Source: a virus
Taxonomy: Duplodnaviria; Caudoviricetes
Direction: 5' to 3' (one strand)
Virus record (IMG/VR): IMGVR_UViG_3300022654_000689
Length of the DNA: 64,000 bases
Positions 22,183 to 31,808 of the stretch are shown piece by piece. The notes beneath the pieces were generated by a model. The model ran no database searches. It was given only the letters and a program-made list of their open reading frames with translations, and was not told where the DNA came from. Numbering within the stretch: the first letter of the stretch is position 1; each line of letters begins with the position of its first letter. The position numbers and the translations under genes are program-made.

Positions 22183-22857
22183 ATGAATAGAATAATGAGT
22201 TTAGTAAATGGAGAAAAAATGAGCATGACTAACGGTGGAGACATAATGGCAAGTAACTTAGTTCCAACAGTATTACAAAAAGATCATAATGGAGAACGTG
22301 CATTTGACTTATATTCAAGAATGCTTAATGATAGAATAATATTTGTAGACGGAGAAGTTAATACAACAATGGCAAGTTTAGTAACAGCTCAATTATTATA
22401 TCTTGACGCATTAGATTCAGAAGCTCCAATACAAATGTATATAAACAGTCCTGGTGGATCTGTAACATCAGGAATGGCAATACATGATACAATGCAATAT
22501 ATATCTGCTCCAGTATCAACTATAGTAACTGGTATGGCAGCTTCAATGGGATGCTTCCTATTATCAGCAGGTGAACCAGGAATGAGATATGCGTTACCAA
22601 ATGCTGAGATAATGTGTCATCAACCATTAATAAGTGGTGGTGTAGGAGGTCAACAAACTGATATACAAATTACTGCAGATAACTTATTAAAAACAAGAAA
22701 CAAACTTGAAAAATTAATGGCTGAATATACAGGAGTAACACAAGAATTTATGAATATAGCTTGTGAAAGAGATAACTGGATGTCAGCTGAAGAAGCCGCT
22801 GCATTCGGAGGAAAAGGATTTGTAGATGAAGTTATTAAAAAGAAACCAAGATTTTAA
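22183..22857 (+). CDS. clpP: ATP-dependent Clp protease proteolytic subunit
   Basis: FDLYSRMLNDRIIF, YINSPGGSV, GMAASMG (catalytic Ser), HQP (His) and ERDNWMSAEEA (Asp). The triad is intact. Confidence 0.97.
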   Translation: MNRIMSLVNGEKMSMTNGGDIMASNLVPTVLQKDHNGERAFDLYSRMLNDRIIFVDGEVNTTMASLVTAQLLYLDALDSEAPIQMYINSPGGSVTSGMAIHDTMQYISAPVSTIVTGMAASMGCFLLSAGEPGMRYALPNAEIMCHQPLISGGVGGQQTDIQITADNLLKTRNKLEKLMAEYTGVTQEFMNIACERDNWMSAEEAAAFGGKGFVDEVIKKKPRF

Positions 22858-22864
22858 TAAAATG

Positions 22865-22899
22865 AATAAAGGATAACGAAAGTTATCCTTTATTTTTTT
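22865..22899 (+). terminator. Rho-independent terminator after clpP
   Basis: 13-bp stem aataaaggataac-gaaa-gttatcctttatt followed by a T-tract. Confidence 0.85.
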
Positions 22900-22934
22900 C
22901 TGTGTTCCGTAAAATTAAATTAGGAGGATATAAT

Positions 22935-23288
22935 ATGTATAAGTTAAAAATTATTGAAAATTGTACGAGCGAATATGGATACCCCATTTCAGTAATATCT
23001 GATTCATTTGATTTTTGTGTCGCAGTTGATAATGAACTTAATTTATTAGGTTTTACTACGTGTCTTACAAAAAAAGATTTATTATGTGAAGGTATTGGTG
23101 AGGATAGCCTTAATGTTTTTATATCAGACGTAGGCGATGAATTTGCTATTAAACCTGGAACCTACAATGAGTTTTTATCAAGTTATTACTATCAATATGA
23201 TGCATATAATGAATGGTGGGAAACTATTGATCATAAAGAATTTACAAAAAAAATTAGTGGATGTAATCCTATAGAGGTGATTAACTAA
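22935..23288 (+). CDS. Hypothetical protein
   Basis: ATG 22935 follows AGGAGG; the track start at 22902 is upstream of the SD. Confidence 0.75.
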   Translation: MYKLKIIENCTSEYGYPISVISDSFDFCVAVDNELNLLGFTTCLTKKDLLCEGIGEDSLNVFISDVGDEFAIKPGTYNEFLSSYYYQYDAYNEWWETIDHKEFTKKISGCNPIEVIN

Positions 23289-23710
23289 TGAGAGGAAAGA
23301 TAAAATCATTAACTAAAATTTCAAAACTAGAATTATTGTCTGATAAAAGATTTGCAAAAGTAGAATTTCTATTTGATGTTATTCAGGTTAATAGCCCTTT
23401 AGATGGAAGACCAACTGTATTTAGTAGTTATGAAAATTTAGTATGGGACTATGTTGATAGAAAATTATTATTTTTCACAACTTTAAGTAGTACAGGTGGA
23501 AAAATTCCAGATAAAGTTCATATAATACGAAGTGATGACTCAATGCCAATTATTGTATATGAAAAATTATCAGACCTTATTAGTAATCCAATCATGTATT
23601 TTGATGGGTATTTAAACAATGAGAAAAGACCGGGTGCGGTTAAATTAATGAAGTATATAAAAGATAATAATATTAATGTGGAAAGAATGATTATCGATTT
23701 AGATATATAG
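23288..23710 (+). CDS. Small paralog-family protein (RY..YD family) with conserved C-terminal tag
   Basis: SDKRFAKVEF..VWDYVDRKLLFF; ends ERMIIDLDI. Confidence 0.75.
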   Translation: MRGKIKSLTKISKLELLSDKRFAKVEFLFDVIQVNSPLDGRPTVFSSYENLVWDYVDRKLLFFTTLSSTGGKIPDKVHIIRSDDSMPIIVYEKLSDLISNPIMYFDGYLNNEKRPGAVKLMKYIKDNNINVERMIIDLDI

Positions 23711-23723
23711 CAGGAGGAAACTA

Positions 23724-24065
23724 ATGATAACAATAGGTAATGCAGAAAATGTAGATTATAACGGAGATACAGAAAGATATATGTTTATACTATTCTTACT
23801 TACAAATGAAAATGGAGAGATATATAATGCTGTATGGAACGGGTGGGATACAATAGAAAAAAGATTATTATATTTTAACAGTTCAATACACCCAAGTAAA
23901 GATGCAATTAATTTAACTGATACTAGAGGTATTACATTTAGTATGGTGTATGATATTATTCCAGATGACAAAGAAGCATATACTGTATCGGCAACTGAAA
24001 TTTATGAAGCATTTTCCAGTGGAGAATTAGATGTAGAACGTATGTTAGTTGAATTTTTATTATAG
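23724..24065 (+). CDS. Small paralog-family protein (RY..YD family) with conserved C-terminal tag
   Basis: DTERYMFILF..GWDTIEKRLLYF; ends ERMLVEFLL. Confidence 0.75.
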   Translation: MITIGNAENVDYNGDTERYMFILFLLTNENGEIYNAVWNGWDTIEKRLLYFNSSIHPSKDAINLTDTRGITFSMVYDIIPDDKEAYTVSATEIYEAFSSGELDVERMLVEFLL

Positions 24066-24075
24066 GAGGTAGTAC

Positions 24076-24597
24076 ATGTTTAATAATTCAGAAGATAAAT
24101 GGGATATTACTTACATCAATATTGCTAACGAATATGCTAAACATAGTAAATGTGCTGCAAAAAAAGTAGCTTGTATATTGGTAAAAGATAATAATATAAT
24201 AGGCGTAGGAGTTAATGGAACCCTTCCAGGTAAGACTAATTGTTGCGATAAATTTTATAAAGACTGGACACTTAATAGTGATGGTAATTGGGTAGCTCAA
24301 TGGCATGAAAAAGTAAATGGTAAATGGGAAATTTGTGATAATAAAGCTCATCATCGCTGGAGCAACCTTAATGAAACACATGCCGAAGTTAATGCTTTAT
24401 CAAAAGCAAATCATAATGGAGTATCGGTTGAAGGGGCAACGGCTTATATTACACTTTCTCCGTGTTACAACTGTGCTAAGATACTTACCACATTTGGTGT
24501 AAAGCGTATAGTATTTACTAATAGATATGACGATGCTGACGAAGTTATAGATTATTTAGTTGAAAATGGTATATGGGTTACTGAATATAAAGAATAA
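24076..24597 (+). CDS. dCMP deaminase (ComEB-like cytidine/deoxycytidylate deaminase)
   Basis: SKCAAKKVACILVKDNNIIGVGVNG; HAEVNA..TLSPCYNC zinc motif. Confidence 0.92.
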   Translation: MFNNSEDKWDITYINIANEYAKHSKCAAKKVACILVKDNNIIGVGVNGTLPGKTNCCDKFYKDWTLNSDGNWVAQWHEKVNGKWEICDNKAHHRWSNLNETHAEVNALSKANHNGVSVEGATAYITLSPCYNCAKILTTFGVKRIVFTNRYDDADEVIDYLVENGIWVTEYKE

Positions 24598-24618
24598 AAT
24601 TAAATTGGAGGTATATTT

Positions 24619-25020
24619 ATGATATATACACATACTGTAGAATTTGAATTAAAATGCAAGTTAGATTTAGTATATTCTTATTGTGACTACTATGCTAACG
24701 ACATAGATGACGTTAAAAACGATCCAGAATGTTATTTAGGTGAATATGACGGTGCTGAAATTCTTATGGACTTGGGAGGTTGGGTATTTGTAAATGGAGA
24801 TCCTTTTAGATGGGTTTCATTATATATAGAAGATAGAAACCAATTTACATTAGAAACAATGTTAGAAAGACTTGATAAACATTTAACATTTGTAGTAATA
24901 ATTTGCGATTACGACGATAGTAGATTATATGACTATTGTAACGTAAATGAAGCCGATGAAGAACTACAAGAATATATAAAGAAAGAGTTTAAAAGAAATT
25001 TAGTAGAACTATTTTTATAG
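24619..25020 (+). CDS. Small hypothetical protein with conserved C-terminal tag
   Basis: SD GGAGGT; ends KRNLVELFL. Confidence 0.75.
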   Translation: MIYTHTVEFELKCKLDLVYSYCDYYANDIDDVKNDPECYLGEYDGAEILMDLGGWVFVNGDPFRWVSLYIEDRNQFTLETMLERLDKHLTFVVIICDYDDSRLYDYCNVNEADEELQEYIKKEFKRNLVELFL

Positions 25021-25046
25021 AATACTCATATGAGTATTCTTTTTTT
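25019..25046 (+). terminator. Rho-independent terminator
   Basis: Palindrome agaatactcatatgagtattct followed by a T-tract. Confidence 0.75.
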
Positions 25047-25058
25047 GTTTATCGCTAA

Positions 25059-25070
25059 AACAATAAGCTA
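25059..25070 (+). promoter_or_regulatory. AACA-N6-TA promoter motif (25097 ORF)
   Basis: aaca-ataagc-ta, just after a terminator. Confidence 0.65.
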
Positions 25071-25096
25071 TTACAGATATATTGGAGGTGTGATAA

Positions 25097-25786
25097 ATGG
25101 CGATGAAAAAAATTATACGTACTGAAGAAAATTCATTACTAAATATTAAATCTATTAAAAATACTACAAATATAACTATTGAAAATGAAGAAGATATGTT
25201 TGAATGTGAAGAATTTTATTTCACTGACGTTTATGATGATAAAGCTGTAAAATCATTTATAAAAGCATGTGAAAAGAATATACGTAGATCAACCTATTAT
25301 TCTCAATATATAGGAACTCTTAAAGAAACATACAATGTTACAAATTGTGCTGTAATGGGTAATATAAGTTGTGATATCGCAGATGTTGAAATGCATCATT
25401 ATCCTTTCTCGTTATATGATATAGTTATGCTAAATATATTGAGATGTAACGATAAAGATATTAAAATGACTACATTTTCAGTAGCTTATGACGTTTTAAA
25501 GGATCATTTTAACAATATCATACCTTTAGTTCCATTAAGCAAAACTGCCCATGAACTAGCTCACGATGGTGAAGTATCAATATCACTAAAACAGATTTTT
25601 GGAAATATTGAGTTATTTATTGAAAAATATAAGGACTACATGTCAGATTCAATGAAAATTAAATTCAATAAAATAGTCGAGTATACCGAAAATGCAGATG
25701 CAATGTATAGTTCTAATAGTGAAACTTTAGCTGTAAAGAAAATGAATGACTTTGGAGACAATTTTTTTACAGACGTATCTTTCTAA
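25097..25786 (+). CDS. Conserved jumbo-phage protein, possible HNH-like fold
   Basis: NCAVMGN..VEMHHYPFSLYDI..VPLSKTAHELAH pattern. The function call is tentative. Confidence 0.55.
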   Translation: MAMKKIIRTEENSLLNIKSIKNTTNITIENEEDMFECEEFYFTDVYDDKAVKSFIKACEKNIRRSTYYSQYIGTLKETYNVTNCAVMGNISCDIADVEMHHYPFSLYDIVMLNILRCNDKDIKMTTFSVAYDVLKDHFNNIIPLVPLSKTAHELAHDGEVSISLKQIFGNIELFIEKYKDYMSDSMKIKFNKIVEYTENADAMYSSNSETLAVKKMNDFGDNFFTDVSF

Positions 25787-25787
25787 A

Positions 25788-25799
25788 AACAAAATATTA
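25788..25799 (+). promoter_or_regulatory. AACA-N6-TA promoter motif (25837 ORF)
   Basis: aaca-aaatat-ta. Confidence 0.6.
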
Positions 25800-25836
25800 G
25801 ATTATAAAATATAAAATTTGAAAGGAGACTTTAATT

Positions 25837-26133
25837 ATGGCAAATATATCATGTTCAGGTGGATTTATACCATCTGTAGTTAACACAGCATTAGATGCAA
25901 GAACTGTAATAGAAAATATAGAGGAAATGGCTAATATAAGTTATCCATTTGTAGGGATGGTAGTATATGTTAAAAACGAAAATAAACTTTATTTAGTAAC
26001 ATCTTTAAAAGCTAAAAATGTTATGGGTATTTCGACACCAGATTCACAAGTCGATGGTTACGAATCTTTGGCTATAGAATTTGCAACGACAGATGAAGTA
26101 AATGCAATGATGGAAGAGTTAGGTTTAAATTAG
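25837..26133 (+). CDS. Small virion/fibre-associated domain protein
   Basis: LDARTV..GMVVYVKNENKLYLV resembles N-terminal modules of phage fibre proteins. Preceded by AACA-N6-TA. Confidence 0.55.
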   Translation: MANISCSGGFIPSVVNTALDARTVIENIEEMANISYPFVGMVVYVKNENKLYLVTSLKAKNVMGISTPDSQVDGYESLAIEFATTDEVNAMMEELGLN

Positions 26134-26151
26134 TAAAGAGGTGGTATATAA

Positions 26152-26886
26152 ATGGCAAATAAAACTGTATCAGAGTTAGATGTAAAAACTAATGCCAGAT
26201 CTGAAGACGTAATGCTTATTGAAGACCAACTAAAAACATATCAAATATCTATATCAAATTTATTCAAAGATTATGTTACTAGAGATGAATTTGAACGTCG
26301 ATTACAAGAACTAATGGATAAAATAAATGATTTATTAAATAGAATCAACGAATTAGAATCTTTATTTGAATCCCTACAAGATAAGATCAAGCAGTTAGAA
26401 GATAAAATTAAAGAATTAGAAGGAAATAAACCACCAACTGAAGATCCTGAAGATCCTGAAGATCCACCAGTTGATGATACGTTTGATTTCGCAAATAACA
26501 TTATATATGGTTATTATGTAACAGCAGGTGAAAACGCAGACCCTACTAATATTACTTTAAATGAATTAAAATTAGAAACTACTAAAATTTTAAAAGCTCC
26601 ATTAGAACCATCTGAGAAACCTATTCTAATGTGTGGAGAACATACTGACGCATGTCCTGAACCTTGTACATACTTCGCTATAGTACCAAAAGCTTCCGAT
26701 TTAGTAGTGTATAATGATGATGGAAACGGTGGTAAAGTTCCATTTGATGATAGTAAAATACCTGGAACAGAATTACATTTTGGATGTAATGCTGTAGAAA
26801 AAGTTTTTAATGACGTTCCAGTATTAGTATGGGGTAAAATAATACAATCTGATAGTCTTAATTACATGCATATTGTTAAAAAGTAA
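26152..26886 (+). CDS. Coiled-coil protein with PED-repeat linker, probable virion component
   Basis: Heptad region at about aa 45-90, then PPTEDPEDPEDPPV, then a beta-rich C-terminal domain. Confidence 0.6.
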   Translation: MANKTVSELDVKTNARSEDVMLIEDQLKTYQISISNLFKDYVTRDEFERRLQELMDKINDLLNRINELESLFESLQDKIKQLEDKIKELEGNKPPTEDPEDPEDPPVDDTFDFANNIIYGYYVTAGENADPTNITLNELKLETTKILKAPLEPSEKPILMCGEHTDACPEPCTYFAIVPKASDLVVYNDDGNGGKVPFDDSKIPGTELHFGCNAVEKVFNDVPVLVWGKIIQSDSLNYMHIVKK

Positions 26887-26912
26887 TGGATCATTTAGAT
26901 CCATTACTTTTT
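26878..26912. terminator. Bidirectional terminator between convergent genes
   Basis: aaaaagtaatggatc-attta-gatccattacttttt. Confidence 0.85.
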
Positions 26913-27762
26913 AATATTTTCTTCCGCTACCAATTAATATTTGTACTACCGTATCGGCAACATCTTTTACAAATCTTTCATAACTTTTATTAAACAAATA
27001 ATCTAATTCTTCTTTTTTTATATAATCTTGTAAAATTGAATCTACATCTCTATACGTTAATACTAAGTTATCATTTTCTTTTATTAAATATTTACGCCCT
27101 TTAATATAACTAAAATCAACATCATAAACTTTACTATCAGGATGCCATCCATTCGCACATGATTCAACTAACAGTTTAAGTCCTAGTAAGTCTTCACCCA
27201 TTTCAGCTGATTGATTTATATATTGAACTTTCATACATTGATAGATTGCGGTATCCATACGTTCTCTTAATAAGCCTATATAATTATTATATGCAACCCT
27301 TACAGCTGCATTAGTTAAATCAGGTTCATTGTCGATATAATTTACATGATCATCCATTATAATTTTTATTGCTTTAATTTTTTTAATTTCTTTAAATTTA
27401 ACATGTATAATCATAGGGTTTACAAATGAATGAACATGCCCTTCACTATCATCAATTACATCTTCTAATTTTTTTGTAGACAGTGATGGTTCTAATTTAA
27501 AATCACTAGTTATTTCTTCTATATCATCTTTAACTAGTTGCACATCATTTTCATCAAATATTAATATAGATCTAAGAGATGCATATCTTAATATAAGTTC
27601 ATTACCTATAGTTACTATTATTTCATTAGTCTCTATAATATCAGTATTAGTAGGTATTATGACTAAATTATTTTCAATTTCGTTCATGATATATTCATTT
27701 TGTATTTCAATCATTTCAACTCTATTACTCATATCATTTAAATATCTATAAATAGTTGCCAC
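26911..27762 (-). CDS. Hypothetical protein
   Basis: 283 aa ORF; GTG start with SD GGGGTGAT. Confidence 0.75.
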   Translation of the reverse strand: MATIYRYLNDMSNRVEMIEIQNEYIMNEIENNLVIIPTNTDIIETNEIIVTIGNELILRYASLRSILIFDENDVQLVKDDIEEITSDFKLEPSLSTKKLEDVIDDSEGHVHSFVNPMIIHVKFKEIKKIKAIKIIMDDHVNYIDNEPDLTNAAVRVAYNNYIGLLRERMDTAIYQCMKVQYINQSAEMGEDLLGLKLLVESCANGWHPDSKVYDVDFSYIKGRKYLIKENDNLVLTYRDVDSILQDYIKKEELDYLFNKSYERFVKDVADTVVQILIGSGRKY

Positions 27763-27773
27763 ATTATCACCCC

Positions 27774-29072
27774 TTATATATCAGTGTCTCTTATTATAGT
27801 CTTAGCATAATTTGTGTACTTAGATAGTAATCCTGCATCGTCAGGATGTAATTGTTGTTCAATTTCATTAATCTTAGATAAGTCTCCATAAATTATTATT
27901 CTATATGTAGTATTTACCATTGGGTCATTAGTTTTTAATTCAAATTTATCCCAATCAACTTTATACTCTTCAGGCATAAGTAATCTTGCGTTTGCAGATA
28001 CTAATACTTCCATTATATTATCAATTCTATATCCTTGTTTTCTTAAAGTTTGTATTACTTCTACTAAATTATAGTCTAGTATAGATTTGAAATTAAGGAC
28101 ATCATACTCGACATTAACATCTGGGAAAAATTCTTCTGTTCTTATTAAGTGTTTTCCATCTTTCATAGCACGTACATAATCCATAGGTAAATATAATGTA
28201 AACATAAGTGTATTGTTATCTATAGCTTCAATTTCGTTAAATGGTCTCGTTTCTTTTTCAGTAAGCTTGTCAGCTTCAAATAAAAAGTTAGCAGGAGTCC
28301 AAAATTCTGCAGAAAAACTAAAATCAACATATGTGTCTCCAACACTAAGGTCTTCTGGATTTCTTGTAACATCTGGATAGTCCTGAACATTTATTAATAC
28401 ATTACATCTATAATTATATGCATACATTCTATTTCCTGTACTCATATTTCTTTTAGCATGAATACCATTATATGAGTATTCGCTAAGATAAGTTGCAACT
28501 TGGTCTTTACCTTCATCAGTACTCCAATCATATCCTTGTTTTAAACATATAGGTTTAACTAACATTGGAGGCAACTCTGTCTGTAGCCTTACATTATTAA
28601 GATATCTATATCCGCCTATATCAAATATATTAGTTAACATATGTGCAACATCGACACCTTGCATATACGTTTTCAATTTTATACGACATTGAAAGTTAAC
28701 TTTAAGTCTATTAGGAACTGAATAAATAAAAGTCTTATTATCCCAATCTTCTAATACTGGTGAGTAATTTCTTCTTCTATTACTTAATACAAATTCATTC
28801 GTTTTATGCCATCTAGGAAGATCATACGAAAAATTGCTTGGGTCCCAAGTAGGTTGAATGTACAATGTTTGATTTCCATATTTATGATAAGTTGGGTGGT
28901 TATCATCTGACATTGTTGTCATAGGAATAAAAAAATCAGCAACGTGTAAATTACGAATATAACCTTTTGGAAATTGATTTATAAGCCAATTACCCATAAC
29001 AGATGTTATACTACTGATTACCGAACTTGTGTTTGTCATAGTTCTACAAGACATTATCATATTATTTTTCAC
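27774..29072 (-). CDS. Hypothetical protein, probable jumbo-phage virion structural protein
   Basis: 432 aa. Preceded by the late-type AACA-N6-TA site at 29091-29102. Confidence 0.6.
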   Translation of the reverse strand: MKNNMIMSCRTMTNTSSVISSITSVMGNWLINQFPKGYIRNLHVADFFIPMTTMSDDNHPTYHKYGNQTLYIQPTWDPSNFSYDLPRWHKTNEFVLSNRRRNYSPVLEDWDNKTFIYSVPNRLKVNFQCRIKLKTYMQGVDVAHMLTNIFDIGGYRYLNNVRLQTELPPMLVKPICLKQGYDWSTDEGKDQVATYLSEYSYNGIHAKRNMSTGNRMYAYNYRCNVLINVQDYPDVTRNPEDLSVGDTYVDFSFSAEFWTPANFLFEADKLTEKETRPFNEIEAIDNNTLMFTLYLPMDYVRAMKDGKHLIRTEEFFPDVNVEYDVLNFKSILDYNLVEVIQTLRKQGYRIDNIMEVLVSANARLLMPEEYKVDWDKFELKTNDPMVNTTYRIIIYGDLSKINEIEQQLHPDDAGLLSKYTNYAKTIIRDTDI

Positions 29073-29090
29073 ATTAACACCCCCGTTTTA

Positions 29091-29102
29091 TATGGGTATG
29101 TT
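29091..29102 (-). promoter_or_regulatory. AACA-N6-TA promoter motif (29072 ORF)
   Basis: Minus strand aaca-taccca-ta, just after a terminator. Confidence 0.65.
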
Positions 29103-29120
29103 CACATCGTCGGAACATAC

Positions 29121-29151
29121 AAAAAAAGAGAAGCTTAATGGCTTCTCTTTT
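29121..29151 (-). terminator. Rho-independent terminator after aminopeptidase
   Basis: aaaaaaagagaagc-ttaatg-gcttctctttt. Confidence 0.8.
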
Positions 29152-29155
29152 CATT

Positions 29156-30421
29156 TTATTCAAATTTACTTTCATAGAATACTTTGTATAATTTATAAGT
29201 TTCATGTAAATCTGTTTTAGATATAACTTCTTGTGGAGAGTGCATCGCTAATACTGGCACTCCTATATCTATAACATGACATCCTTTAATTGCAAAGAAT
29301 GAAGATACAGTACCTCCTCCACCTTCTCCAAGTTTATTAGTTTCTATTGAATACTTAATTTCATTATCAACTGCTAACTTTTTAATCCAATGTTTAAATG
29401 CAAATTCAGTATCATTACCTCTTTTACATCCTAAATAAGGCACTATTCCAGCACCTTTACCACATACAGCCATTGCACTCTTTTCAAAATGGCTTCCAAA
29501 ATTGCTATCATATCCAGCACATACATCAGCTGATATTACACAAGAATTTCTTATAGCAGCTCTAGCAAATACTTCATTATTAAATTCTGATGTTGCAAAT
29601 AGTATAAGTCTAAATATATCATCTATATATTCACTTTCGCAACCTGTAGTTTGCCCACTACCTGTTTCTTCATAAGATGCAAATAAAGCCATTTGTGTTC
29701 TTTCTGTATCTTTACTATCAAAGAAAGCTTTTAATTCAGCAAAAGCGCAACAACTATCATCGTGTCCATAACCTGTAATTAAATCTTTGTCAAATCCAAG
29801 TTCTCTAACTCCGTCAGCAGGTACAAAACTTAAATCTGCAAATTCTAGATCTTTATCTTCTATTCCATACTTTTCTTTAATAAATTCTAAAACATTTTCT
29901 TTTTTATTATTGCCTATTCTTACTATTAAGTCTTTACATTTTAAATCTTGCATTTCATCTCGTCCATTTAAATGTGGTAATAAACTTGTAACTACAAATT
30001 CAAATTCACCTTTAGTGTTTATATCTATAACACCTTTTTCTGTAGTAACTCTACCTACTAATATAAGTGGTCTATCTAACCAACTTTGTGCTATTATTCC
30101 TCCATAAGGTATTGTCTTTAAAAATACTCCGTCATCTTCTTCTATAAATGGGTCTCCTGTTATAACGTCTAATCTAGGGCTATCTAAATGGCTAACTATT
30201 ACATTTGCACCTTCAACTAGGTTTTTACCAACTTTAACCAATGCTATAAATTTATCTCTGAATTTAAATATTAGTCTATCACCTTGTTTTATCTCTGAAT
30301 CTTCAAGTTGTAACTTTTTAAAACCTTTTTCTTTAGCTTGCCCCTCTATATAGTCTACTAATAGTCTTTCATGGAATCCATGGTTTTCTATCATATACTT
30401 GTATTCATCAAAAAACATCAT
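29156..30421 (-). CDS. M18 family (aspartyl/aminopeptidase I-like) metallo-aminopeptidase
   Basis: SHLDSPRLD, YGGIIAQSWLDRPL, GHDD, EETGS, ISADV, DIGVPVLAMHSPQE. Confidence 0.93.
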   Translation of the reverse strand: MMFFDEYKYMIENHGFHERLLVDYIEGQAKEKGFKKLQLEDSEIKQGDRLIFKFRDKFIALVKVGKNLVEGANVIVSHLDSPRLDVITGDPFIEEDDGVFLKTIPYGGIIAQSWLDRPLILVGRVTTEKGVIDINTKGEFEFVVTSLLPHLNGRDEMQDLKCKDLIVRIGNNKKENVLEFIKEKYGIEDKDLEFADLSFVPADGVRELGFDKDLITGYGHDDSCCAFAELKAFFDSKDTERTQMALFASYEETGSGQTTGCESEYIDDIFRLILFATSEFNNEVFARAAIRNSCVISADVCAGYDSNFGSHFEKSAMAVCGKGAGIVPYLGCKRGNDTEFAFKHWIKKLAVDNEIKYSIETNKLGEGGGGTVSSFFAIKGCHVIDIGVPVLAMHSPQEVISKTDLHETYKLYKVFYESKFE

Positions 30422-30459
30422 AAGCAGTACCTCCCAAAATATAAATTTTTATATTATAA

Positions 30460-30768
30460 TTATAATATGCTATCGATTATTAGTTTGTCCATCATGACTC
30501 TTTTTTCTTCTTCTGTAAATTTATCCCACCAATTACTAATTTCTGGATTCTTCAATTCTATTAAAAATATGTTAGTACCTAATTTATTTGTGTAATTTAC
30601 AGTGCAAGTTTCTCTAAAATAAATTCCTCTAAAAGAATATAGCTTATTATTTTCTTTATCATATACTACTACATCTGAAACATCAACATTTTTATTATCA
30701 ATTACATATGTTAACCAAAAGCGTCCATCTTCTGAATCTTGTAACATACGTGCTATCTTTAATTCCAA
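30460..30768 (-). CDS. Small paralog-family protein (RY..YD family) with conserved C-terminal tag
   Basis: EDGRFWLTY..VVYDKENNKLYSF; ends DKLIIDSIL. Confidence 0.75.
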   Translation of the reverse strand: MELKIARMLQDSEDGRFWLTYVIDNKNVDVSDVVVYDKENNKLYSFRGIYFRETCTVNYTNKLGTNIFLIELKNPEISNWWDKFTEEEKRVMMDKLIIDSIL

Positions 30769-30783
30769 AATTTATACCTCCTC

Positions 30784-30813
30784 AAAAAAAATAAATCCCA
30801 TTAAGGGATTTAT
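30784..30813 (-). terminator. Rho-independent terminator after antiporter
   Basis: ataaatccc-attaa-gggatttat with an adjacent A-run (a T-tract on the minus strand). Confidence 0.7.
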
Positions 30814-31739
30814 CTTAAAAATGTAAATATTATATATCCAATATATAATACTACAAAAATTATTCCTTCTTTTCTATTAATAATTTTTTCTTTGTCTTTT
30901 ACAAATATAAAAAGTAATATAGTTATTAGAGTCATAAATATTACGTCATAAAGAGCTACCATACTAAATGTTAATGGATTGATAAAACTTGATAGACCTA
31001 ATATAAATAATATATTAAATATATTACTTCCAACAACGTTACCTACTGCTAACTCTTTTTCACCTTTTCTTATTGCTATTAAGCTAGTTACTAATTCAGG
31101 TAAACTTGTTCCTAGAGCTACTATTGTTAATCCTATAAAGTTCTCGCTTAATCCTAATGATCTAGCTATATCAGACGCTGAAAGTACTACTAAATCTCCA
31201 CCTTTAACTATTAAACCAATACCTATAACGCCTAATATTAATTTTATTATAAACTTTTTAGTTGTTTCTTTTTCTTCAACACTGTCATTATCCATGTTTT
31301 TAGCTTTTAATATATTACTTACTATATAGAATATAAATGCTATTACCAATATTCCTGCTTCAATTCTAGTTATACTTAAATCTATAGCACAAGCAAATAA
31401 TAGTATACATATTGATATTAGTAATTTTATACTGATATAGTTTTCTTTATCGACTGGTAAACTATTAGTCATTATACTGGAAAATCCAAGTATTACTAAT
31501 ATATTGAAGAAATTACTTCCAACTACATTAGCCATACACATTTCATTAACTCCGTGTAATCCAGCTGCTATATTAACACTCGCTTCTGGTAAACTTGTTC
31601 CCATTGCGACTAATGTCAACCCTATTATTACTGTTGGTATATTAAATTTTCTTGCGATAGCAGATGCTCCGTCTACAAAGAAATCAGCACCTTTTATTAA
31701 ACATACAAAACCTAATACTAATAAGAATAATGACATCAT
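30810..31739 (-). CDS. Ca2+/cation (Na+/Ca2+) antiporter, CaCA/YrbG family
   Basis: About 10 TM segments; two alpha repeats, GTSLPE..NVVGSNFFN and GTSLPE..GNVVGSNIFN. Confidence 0.93.
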   Translation of the reverse strand: MMSLFLLVLGFVCLIKGADFFVDGASAIARKFNIPTVIIGLTLVAMGTSLPEASVNIAAGLHGVNEMCMANVVGSNFFNILVILGFSSIMTNSLPVDKENYISIKLLISICILLFACAIDLSITRIEAGILVIAFIFYIVSNILKAKNMDNDSVEEKETTKKFIIKLILGVIGIGLIVKGGDLVVLSASDIARSLGLSENFIGLTIVALGTSLPELVTSLIAIRKGEKELAVGNVVGSNIFNILFILGLSSFINPLTFSMVALYDVIFMTLITILLFIFVKDKEKIINRKEGIIFVVLYIGYIIFTFLR

Positions 31740-31771
31740 AAAATAACCCCTCCCAAAATTTAATTTTATTC

Positions 31772-31805
31772 AAAAAATTAAGATAGGACTATGAAGTCCT
31801 ATCTT
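31772..31805 (-). terminator. Rho-independent terminator
   Basis: aagataggact-atga-agtcctatctt with an adjacent A-run. Confidence 0.7.
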
Positions 31806-31808
31806 TCT

